DNA of 43,080 nucleotides. Origin: Candidatus Bruticola sp. (GTDB lineage Bacteria; Vulcanimicrobiota; Xenobia; Xenobiales; Xenobiaceae). A program made the translations under genes and the position numbers. The first letter of the stretch is position 1; each line of letters begins with the position of its first letter. The notes below the pieces were generated by a model. It was not told where the DNA came from and did not search any database. It saw only the letters and a program-made list of their open reading frames with translations. Location of the stretch: contig JBJEGD010000018.1 of the NCBI GenBank assembly GCA_051874735.1, positions 1-43,080 of the forward strand, written 5' to 3'. Positions 10,294-17,572 of the stretch are shown here, piece after piece.

Positions 10294-10328
10294 AAATAAT
10301 AGCGACTGGAAGAAACCAGCCGCTATTA
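10294..10328 (-). terminator. Terminator after rplL
   Basis: - strand AATAGCGGCTGG-TTTCTT-CCAGTCGCTATT-ATTTT. Confidence 0.65.
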
Positions 10329-10352
10329 GCTAATTCAGTTTAATATGTAAAC

Positions 10353-10724
10353 TTACTTGAGGGTGACAGTGGCGCCAACTTCAGCGAACTTAGCTTTGAT
10401 GGCTTCGGCATCGGCCTTGGAGAGACCCTCTTTAAGAATCTGAGGAGCGCCCTCTACGAGGTCCTTGGACTCTTTGAGACCTAAACCGGCAACTTCACGT
10501 ACGACCTTGATGACCTTAATCTTCTCGGAACCAACAGCGGTGAGCTCTACATCGAAAGAGGTCTTCTCTTCAGCGGGAGCGGCGGCAGCAGCGGCGGGAG
10601 CGGCGGCTACGGCAACGGGAGCAGCGGCGGATACGCCAAGGCGCTCCTCCAACTCTTTTACGATTTCGGCGGCCTCGAGCAGGGTGAGGTTGCAAATAGC
10701 ATCGATCAAAGCGGACTTATCCAT
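10353..10724 (-). CDS. rplL: 50S ribosomal protein L7/L12
   Basis: Ala-rich hinge, [32 protein letters not shown]. Start at ATG 10724 after GGAGG. Confidence 0.98.
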   Translation of the reverse strand: MDKSALIDAICNLTLLEAAEIVKELEERLGVSAAAPVAVAAAPAAAAAAPAEEKTSFDVELTAVGSEKIKVIKVVREVAGLGLKESKDLVEGAPQILKEGLSKADAEAIKAKFAEVGATVTLK

Positions 10725-10774
10725 GATTTCCTCCAAAAATATTTTCTTAATACTGAAAAAACTAAATTAGTTTA

Positions 10775-11341
10775 CTAAGCTTCCTGAGCTTCTTCTTTGG
10801 AGCGCTTCTCGTTCCAAGCGTCCAAAACGGTAGCCATACTGCGACCAGTGGCATTCAACACGCCAAGGATGTTGCGGTGAGGAGCCAACATAAGTCCGAG
10901 CAGCTGCATACGCAGTACTTCGAGTGACGGCAGAGCGGCAATAGCCTTAAGCTCGTCAATACTCAAGAGACGGTTGTCCATAACCGCACCTTTGACTACG
11001 GGAAGGCTGTTAGGCTTCTGAGCTTTAGCGAATTCCAAAACTGCTTTAGCAGCAGCGGCCGGATCTCCCATACCGAATACAACAGCGGTAGGTCCTTCTA
11101 AGGTTCCGGGTTCGCACTCAATGTTAATCTCACTTAAAGCTTTGCGAATGAGAGTGTTTTTAGCAACTTTATAGATACCGCCGCACTCGCGAAGTTTGCC
11201 GCGAAGCTCGGTAATGGCTTTAACTGTCAAACCGCCAGCCTCACCGCGATAGTCTGTGAGGATAATGATACTGGCTTTATTTAAGCACTCACGCAGATGC
11301 TCTAAGGACTCAGCCTTGCGCTGTAAGTTCTGTGCGTTCAT
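10775..11341 (-). CDS. rplJ: 50S ribosomal protein L10
   Basis: DYRG..LTV..ITELR, VAKNTL, LEGPTAV, LPSLEVLR; directly upstream of rplL. Confidence 0.96.
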   Translation of the reverse strand: MNAQNLQRKAESLEHLRECLNKASIIILTDYRGEAGGLTVKAITELRGKLRECGGIYKVAKNTLIRKALSEINIECEPGTLEGPTAVVFGMGDPAAAAKAVLEFAKAQKPNSLPVVKGAVMDNRLLSIDELKAIAALPSLEVLRMQLLGLMLAPHRNILGVLNATGRSMATVLDAWNEKRSKEEAQEA

Positions 11342-11424
11342 TGTCTAGTTTTCTCTCCCTTCCTCTCCTGCCTTAAGAAGAAAGACAGGGTCGACTGGGC
11401 TTTTGTTTTCTACGTTAGCTCGAA

Positions 11425-11555
11425 AAACAAAAACGCCTCCTCTAAAAAACAGACGGAGACGCAGAGTTGAAACGAAACTTATACTATTTCGCCTCGGCAG
11501 GATACCCCTTACGGTTTTTTTAAGTTGATCAAACAACTCCCACTGTCTCTGGCCA
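11425..11555 (-). promoter_or_regulatory. L10 leader (ribosomal-protein autoregulatory attenuator)
   Basis: - strand CCAGAGACAGTGGG...CTTAA...CCTGCCGAGG resembles the L10-leader consensus. It is followed by the terminator GCGTCTCC..GGAGGCGTTTTT. Confidence 0.8.
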
Positions 11556-11561
11556 CGTACC

Positions 11562-11589
11562 ATTATACGCGGGTAAAAGCTTATGTCAA
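11562..11589 (-). promoter_or_regulatory. rplJL promoter
   Basis: Perfect TTGACA-16 bp-TATAAT on the - strand. Confidence 0.85.
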
Positions 11590-11765
11590 GAGAAAAAAAC
11601 GGACATTAAGGCCTTTTTTATAATTTTTTAGACGTTGCCCGAACTTTGAAAATTGTGGAAAATGCAGTCTTTGTCATAAAATACGGTAAACAGATTAATA
11701 GTGGAGGCAGGCGGCTTAGCTTATGTTTATCTGCTTTGCAATTGTAGCTAGCCGTTATGCGGTTG

Positions 11766-12734
11766 TTAATTGGGGTTTACGTGCACATTGCAATGTTTTA
11801 CTTGGGGGAAGGCTTCCTCTATGGCGTCGTGGACACTTTCGGCTATATCGTGGGCTTCGTGCAATGTTAAGTTGCGCTCGCACATAATGGTAATGTCAGT
11901 ATATACTCTGGTGCCGAAAAGGCGAGTTTTTAGTTCTTGAACTGCCAGTACGCCTTCTTGGTTGGCTGCAACACGAGTTATGGCTTCTACCGTTTGCTCA
12001 TCGCACGATTGATCGGTAAGTTTTTCTACAGAATCTTTGCCTATATCCCAGGCTGTCTTAATAATGCATAAACAAATCAGCAGAGAAGCGATCGGATCGC
12101 CGGCCGGGAAGCCCAGCCGAGCTGTAGCAATACCTGCCAGAGCTCCTAAAGAAGAAAGGGCGTCGGAACGATGATGCCAGGCATCGGCTTTCAAAGCGGT
12201 GGATTTGATTTTTTGGGCTGCTGATATCGTATACCAATACATGGCTTCTTTTACAACAATGGAAAGAATAGCGGCATAGAGAGCTAAAGAACCAGGGATC
12301 GCCAGTTCTTCATTATGGTTCCACAGTTTGTTGAATCCGCCCCAGCCAATCATTAAACCAGTAGCTAACAGCATAAGGGCCAGAATTAGCGACCCCAAAC
12401 TTTCAAAGCGTTCATGGCCGTATTGATGGTCACTGTCCGATTTTTTGCCGGCTATTTTTATGCTGACAATAACTACTAAAGTGCTAAGAACATCGGATGC
12501 TGTGTGGACGGCGTCGCTGATCATGGCGGCCGAGTTTGCCATAAAACCTGCTATAAATTTAGCTGCAGTAAGGGCAAAATTACTTAATATGCTCCAGTTG
12601 GAAACTCTTAGAGCAATTTTTTCCGCTTCTTGGCTGCCTACGGTCAGATATTCTGCAGATGAGTTTTTGATCTCTGCATTATTGGTTTTGTCGTCTGAAT
12701 TAAGAGAAAAATTAGATTGAAGTTTTGCGCTCAT
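11766..12734 (-). CDS. Cation diffusion facilitator (FieF/CzcD-type) metal transporter
   Basis: SAAMISDAVHTASD, HQYGHERFE, LKADAWHHRSD, EAHDIAE, VHVNP. Confidence 0.93.
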   Translation of the reverse strand: MSAKLQSNFSLNSDDKTNNAEIKNSSAEYLTVGSQEAEKIALRVSNWSILSNFALTAAKFIAGFMANSAAMISDAVHTASDVLSTLVVIVSIKIAGKKSDSDHQYGHERFESLGSLILALMLLATGLMIGWGGFNKLWNHNEELAIPGSLALYAAILSIVVKEAMYWYTISAAQKIKSTALKADAWHHRSDALSSLGALAGIATARLGFPAGDPIASLLICLCIIKTAWDIGKDSVEKLTDQSCDEQTVEAITRVAANQEGVLAVQELKTRLFGTRVYTDITIMCERNLTLHEAHDIAESVHDAIEEAFPQVKHCNVHVNPN

Positions 12735-13026
12735 ATAAATATAAAAAGCTGATTGCTCAGTTATATTGTATCCTTAGTAAAGAGCAGAGCTTATCTCCTT
12801 AATAGTAATCAGCAGCTTTTTTTCAACTGTATATAAATCTGGCAAGCCGGGTTGCTGCTGGCCAAGTTAAACCGGGCAGATTTTTATCTAAAATTAAACT
12901 TCAAAATATTCGAGTATTATACACGAAAAATGTCACGGTCAATACAATTTTTTTGTAGAGCGCTTTTTTTTATATATAAAAACTTCGCTGCAGGCGCTAA
13001 ATATTTGCTCTTTGTTTTTTACCAAG

Positions 13027-13064
13027 AAAAATGCACAGACTCTTAAAAAGGAAGTCTGTGCATT
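13027..13064 (-). terminator. Terminator after the WYL gene
   Basis: AATGCACAGACT...AGTCTGTGCATT 12-bp stem with a T tract on the - strand. Confidence 0.75.
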
Positions 13065-13113
13065 GAAGAAGCGGTATTATTTTATAATTTTTTTAGAGGT
13101 TAAAAACTAAGCC

Positions 13114-14196
13114 CTAGAGGAAAGGAAGCTCTTTGGGACCTTCTACTAGAGTATCTGCTTGAGGTGCTATCCCTTGTGGATCGTCGTAATTTTGCAGCCC
13201 GCTAAGTAAATCTTGACGAATTTTAGCTTTGAAATCGGCTGGTTCAGTAACTGCGAAAGCTCCGGCATAGCTGACAAGCCAAGCTCGTACCGTGTTAGTA
13301 TATTCTATTTTGTCTACAGTGGCGTAGATCCAGCCGTCTTTCTCTTCTACTTTGCTGGGCAAGCCGAAGCGATCGACGAACATGTTAGCTAAACTTTCAT
13401 CTTTGAAACGTATAACTACATTGTCAAAAGTGCAATCATTGTTATTATGGAAGGTATCTTGAGTAAATTCTTGTAAGGCTTTCTCAAAATCGGTACCGAG
13501 CACTTCGGTAGCATTGCGACGGGGAGTACCGGTAGTGTGAGGATTGGCAATTCTATCTAAACGGAAGTAGCGCAGCCTGTTTTCGCCTTCTTTGATGCCA
13601 ATAAGGTAATAATTAGAATCTACCCAAAACAGTGAATAGGGGTCAACTTTATACACTAAACTGCCGCGGCGCAGCACGCTTTTAAATACTCTGTTGTAAG
13701 TATAAAGCTGAAATTCTATCGCTCTCTCCCAAGAAATGGCGCGCAGAACTTCGCATAGTACATTTTTTAATTTAGCATTGACAACTTTGCGGGAGTTGTA
13801 AATGGTGGGAAGGAGCTCACGGAACATGCGCTTATCGTCCGGTCCTAGCTCCTTAATTAGCTCATTGGTTATGCTCTTACACTCGTTTTTTGAAATGAAA
13901 GAAGCACTGGCAATGGCGTCGAGGAATAGGCGGATTTGCCAAGTCTCAAAGCGGCGTTTTCCATAGTACCAGCCTTTGCGCTTGTCGCGGTCAGCAATAA
14001 TATCATGTCCGAAAGCTTGTAAAGTGGCTATGTCGCGGCAAACAGATTTGCGCTCAGTGTTCATGCCATATTCTTTGGCCAAGTGCTTCACTATCTGAGT
14101 AGCATTCAGTGTATGGTGCTCATCGCTGTCAAGCAGCATATTGAGTACATACAGAAGTTTTAACTTTACATTAGCCATGTTGTTTATCCATCCCAT
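13114..14196 (-). CDS. wHTH-WYL-(WCX) transcriptional regulator (alternative start at 14178)
   Basis: N-terminal HTH (SDEHHTLNATQI..ERKSVCRDIATL..FG), WYL domain VDPYSLFWVDSNYYLIG..RYFRLDRI, WCX-like end WLVSYAG..VTEPADFKAKI. Confidence 0.9.
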   Translation of the reverse strand: MGWINNMANVKLKLLYVLNMLLDSDEHHTLNATQIVKHLAKEYGMNTERKSVCRDIATLQAFGHDIIADRDKRKGWYYGKRRFETWQIRLFLDAIASASFISKNECKSITNELIKELGPDDKRMFRELLPTIYNSRKVVNAKLKNVLCEVLRAISWERAIEFQLYTYNRVFKSVLRRGSLVYKVDPYSLFWVDSNYYLIGIKEGENRLRYFRLDRIANPHTTGTPRRNATEVLGTDFEKALQEFTQDTFHNNNDCTFDNVVIRFKDESLANMFVDRFGLPSKVEEKDGWIYATVDKIEYTNTVRAWLVSYAGAFAVTEPADFKAKIRQDLLSGLQNYDDPQGIAPQADTLVEGPKELPFL

Positions 14197-14292
14197 CTAT
14201 GCAGATTTTGGGCTTTTGATTTATGTTACAGAAACGCCTACTTGGGAAATAAGCGAATCTGTAGTCGTGCTGTGACTCGACCTTTAAGGAAC

Positions 14293-15288
14293 TTAAGGGA
14301 GGCTCACATTCAGAGTGTTGGCAATTTTAAAAAATTGCTCCAGCATTTTAGGATCTTTTGACTCTAGTTCTAAAATATTGTAATTTCCGTGCTTGTAAGG
14401 TACGTAAATAATGGGGCCTGCATATTGGCCGTCGGTCGTTTCCCATACGGCTAAATAACCAGTCTGAGCACTGACTTGGCAAGGTTCGAAACGGGTTAGC
14501 TTTTGGGCATGGGGAATAAAATCACGTCCAGCTTGTCTGGCTATGCCTCGGAACGATTGGCCTGGTTGAGCAGTAATAGAGCGCGGGGTAATTGATACAA
14601 CGATTTCATTAGAATTATTGACTATTTTTACACCGCGGCTTGAAGGTTGAGCCTTCAGGCCTGAATTACTGGGGATATTAAAGCTGATAGCTAAATTATC
14701 GTTGCGATAAGTTTCTAAATCAGTTTTTTGAGTACCGGGATCCAGAAATTTAAAGCTGGCCATCGCTTTTTGTAAAGCCGCTTTATGTTGGGTTGTGCCG
14801 AAGGCCGCTATACGGTAAAAGCTGCCCTGATTGGCAATATAAAGAATTTGTTCAAAAGTTGGGCCGTTTATTTTGCGGAAAAATTTACAGGTGCGGCCGG
14901 CAGCCTGCTCTGAAGATTCCAAGTAGCGTCTGCTGCGCAGAGTAGCGTACTCGCTTTCATTTATATCTTTCAGCCAAGTAATAATAATGCTGGTTTTGCC
15001 GTCAGGTGTTCTCCAACCCTCAGCTATAGGCCATCCAGGAGCGACGTCGGGAATAGAAACCCAAGTTTTGGGAATTTGAATACTCCAACCACATCGAGAG
15101 GAGCCATCGCTCAAGTCGGAATTTGTATGAGTAACCGTGTTATCGGAAGTCTCATTTTGAACGGCAATGTATATATTGTTGGCAGAAACCTGCTGATGTG
15201 CAGAGAATGACTCAGGTTCTGCCCAAGAGAACTGAGACGAACAGAGCACATACGCGCATATAAAAGCAGATATATGAAGCTTATTCAT
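14293..15288 (-). CDS. Secreted hypothetical protein, possibly two PsbP/DcrB-like domains
   Basis: Signal peptide (SWA-E). Two segments begin GWSIQIPKTW and YRN..AISFNIP and end MASFKF and IANTLNV. Confidence 0.55.
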   Translation of the reverse strand: MNKLHISAFICAYVLCSSQFSWAEPESFSAHQQVSANNIYIAVQNETSDNTVTHTNSDLSDGSSRCGWSIQIPKTWVSIPDVAPGWPIAEGWRTPDGKTSIIITWLKDINESEYATLRSRRYLESSEQAAGRTCKFFRKINGPTFEQILYIANQGSFYRIAAFGTTQHKAALQKAMASFKFLDPGTQKTDLETYRNDNLAISFNIPSNSGLKAQPSSRGVKIVNNSNEIVVSITPRSITAQPGQSFRGIARQAGRDFIPHAQKLTRFEPCQVSAQTGYLAVWETTDGQYAGPIIYVPYKHGNYNILELESKDPKMLEQFFKIANTLNVSLP

Positions 15289-15540
15289 AAGAGCTGAAGC
15301 TACACTTCCTTTTGCAATTTCAAAATTTTGGCAATTTTAAGACCAAAAGATCAAAAAATAACGTATTTTTTTTCTACAATATTATTCAGAAAACACATTG
15401 AAAGAAAAAATTTCATACCGCCGGGCTACTGCCAAACTGGCCCCTCCTTCTCAAGTAAAATCCCCTTAACCTGTTACAATTCCTAATTTTTGCCGATTTT
15501 TTTTATTTTTTTACATTTATTTTTTTTGCTAAATTAGAGA

Positions 15541-15597
15541 AAAAAAACAGCTGCCCATACCTCAAAATATCAAGAAATTTAAGATTATGGACAGCTA
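15541..15597 (-). terminator. Terminator after pgi
   Basis: - strand AGCTGTCCATA...TATGGGCAGCT-GTTTTTTTT. Confidence 0.7.
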
Positions 15598-15620
15598 TTT
15601 AAGTTAAGTAACTTAACTTA

Positions 15621-17216
15621 TTAATAATCGAGCCGTTTGTCGTAGCAGAACTTAGCTGCTGCGCTAAGATTATCGGCAGTAATGCCTAAGCGGGAATTAG
15701 CGGCTAAATGGCGAGCGATATGGAAGATCGCCTCAGTTTGCTCTGTAGCCTGCAAGTATTCAGCTATTTCCAAAGCGTCCATAGGACGACCGTTTTCTTT
15801 CAAAGCTTGAGCTACTTTTGCTTGCATGGCTAAAATGTGGCCGGCGGCTTTTTTACCAGCTTCTACGCCCGGCTGATGATAAGCATTAATATTTACTAAA
15901 GAAGCGTAGAAACCGACAGCTCTCTCATATAAAGCTATCAGCAGTCCGATTGTAAAAGCATTTACTTCGGGGATAGAAATAAGAATAGAAGTGCGGCCGC
16001 TTTCAGTTAAAGCTTGGCGTGTGCCCTGCCAGAAACCGGAGAGGAAGTCGCCAGTAGTTACGCCGTCTTCTACTTCCATAGAGCTATTATGACGATCTTT
16101 AAGTACAGCTAAGAAAGTAATAAAGAAATTGTTGACGCCATCGCGCAGTTGCTGTACGTAAGCGTGTTGATCCGTGCTCCCTTTGTTGCCATATACAGTA
16201 ATTCCCTGATTGACAATCTGGCCGTTCAGATCTTTTTCCTTGCCCAGGGATTCCATAATTAATTGCTGCAGATAGCGGCTGAAGAGCATGAGTCTATCAG
16301 CGTAGGGGAGGATTACCATATCTTTTTCGCCTTTGCCGTTGGTGGCTTTATACCAGGCTAAAGCTAAAAGGGCCGCTGGGTTCTTTTTAGTTACAGGATT
16401 TCGAGTAAGTTCGTCGCAGGTTGCGGCGCCTTTTATTAAGTCGTCAATGTCGAAGCCTTCCAAGGCGGCCGGCAGTAAGCCGACGGCAGAAAGTTCGGAA
16501 GTACGTCCGCCTACCCAGTCCCACATGGGGAAGCGAGCCAGCCAGCGGTTAGTTTTGGCGTATTTATCGAGCTGGCTATCGTGACCAGTAATAGCTACAG
16601 CATGGGATCCGAAATGCAGGCCCAGTCGGTCGTAAGCATTTTGGGCTTCGAGCATGCCGTTGCGTGTCTCTTTAGTGCCACCCGATTTAGAAATGACAAT
16701 ACAGAGAGTGCGGCGCAGTTCTTCGCCAATTTCAGCCAATACGTGATCGATGCCTTCCGGATCGGTATTGTCGAAGAAGTATATGCGCATAGGATCATCT
16801 GGAGTAGACAGGGCGGAAGCGACAAATTCCGGTCCTAAAGCTGATCCGCCTATGCCTATGGAAAGGATAGTGGTAAAACGCTCTGCTCGTTCAGGTCGGA
16901 TCTCACCGTTATGAACTTTAGAGGCGAAGTCCAATATTTTGTCAAAAGTTGTGTTAATTTCTTCTTTAAGCTCCGAAGTGGGGGCTAAAGCGGAGTTACG
17001 CAGCCAGTAGTGGCCCACCATGCGGTTTTCATCGGGGTTGGCAATAGCTCCGGCTTCTAATTCTTGCATAGCTTTAAAAGCTTGCTGCATTGGTTGTTCC
17101 ATGGAAGAAAAGAAATTCTCATCCAGGCCCATGCGGCTTACGTCGAGAGAAAGTCCGCTTTCTATGTCATGGAAGAACAAATTTTTAAAAGCGGACCAGC
17201 TGTGTTTCAGCTCCAT
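15621..17216 (-). CDS. pgi: Glucose-6-phosphate isomerase
   Basis: [61 protein letters not shown]. Confidence 0.97.
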   Translation of the reverse strand: MELKHSWSAFKNLFFHDIESGLSLDVSRMGLDENFFSSMEQPMQQAFKAMQELEAGAIANPDENRMVGHYWLRNSALAPTSELKEEINTTFDKILDFASKVHNGEIRPERAERFTTILSIGIGGSALGPEFVASALSTPDDPMRIYFFDNTDPEGIDHVLAEIGEELRRTLCIVISKSGGTKETRNGMLEAQNAYDRLGLHFGSHAVAITGHDSQLDKYAKTNRWLARFPMWDWVGGRTSELSAVGLLPAALEGFDIDDLIKGAATCDELTRNPVTKKNPAALLALAWYKATNGKGEKDMVILPYADRLMLFSRYLQQLIMESLGKEKDLNGQIVNQGITVYGNKGSTDQHAYVQQLRDGVNNFFITFLAVLKDRHNSSMEVEDGVTTGDFLSGFWQGTRQALTESGRTSILISIPEVNAFTIGLLIALYERAVGFYASLVNINAYHQPGVEAGKKAAGHILAMQAKVAQALKENGRPMDALEIAEYLQATEQTEAIFHIARHLAANSRLGITADNLSAAAKFCYDKRLDY

Positions 17217-17349
17217 TTGTTTGCAAGTCTCCTTTTCTATAGATCAAAAAATATTGCCGGTGGTTCGCTTTATCTTGCCGCTTAGCCTTTTTTGTCTAGT
17301 GAAATGAATAAGGCCGAGAGTATAAGTAAACTTTAAAAGCTTCCGGCTA

Positions 17350-17377
17350 TTGCTATACGCATTTTTTGTGATATAAT
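17350..17377 (+). promoter_or_regulatory. tRNA-Thr promoter
   Basis: TTGCTA-16 bp-TATAAT with extended -10 (TGaTATAAT). Confidence 0.75.
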
Positions 17378-17387
17378 ACTTGCGGTC

Positions 17388-17460
17388 GCCAAGGTAGCTC
17401 AGTTGGTAGAGCAGCTCACTCGTAATGAGCAGGTCGTCAGTTCGAGTCTGATTCTTGGCT
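17388..17460 (+). tRNA. tRNA-Thr(CGT), no encoded CCA
   Basis: Acceptor GCCAAGG/TCTTGGC, anticodon arm GCTCA-CTCGTAA-TGAGC, T-loop TTCGAGT; followed by CTG. Confidence 0.94.
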
Positions 17461-17528
17461 CTGTTTAAGTTAATTTCCCGTTTTCTTAGTGGTTGACTGA
17501 GAGATCAGGGTAATCTTCCTTCTAGTTA

Positions 17529-17566
17529 AAGCTCTCGCTTCGATACTGGCGCGGGAGCTTTTTCTT
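17529..17566 (+). terminator. Terminator of tRNA-Thr, abutting the CRISPR array
   Basis: AAGCTCTCGC...GCGGGAGCTT-TTTCTT. Confidence 0.75.
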
Positions 17567-17572
17567 GTTCTC

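Noticed and set aside
11345-11563. 72-aa ORF upstream of rplJ
   Set aside because: It overlaps the L10 leader and terminator, and its start lies within the -10 box.
12745-12805. Fluoride- or NiCo-riboswitch-like words (GGAGAT.., ACTGAGCA) upstream of the CDF gene
   Set aside because: The remaining conserved elements of either family are absent. Kept only as a generic structured leader.
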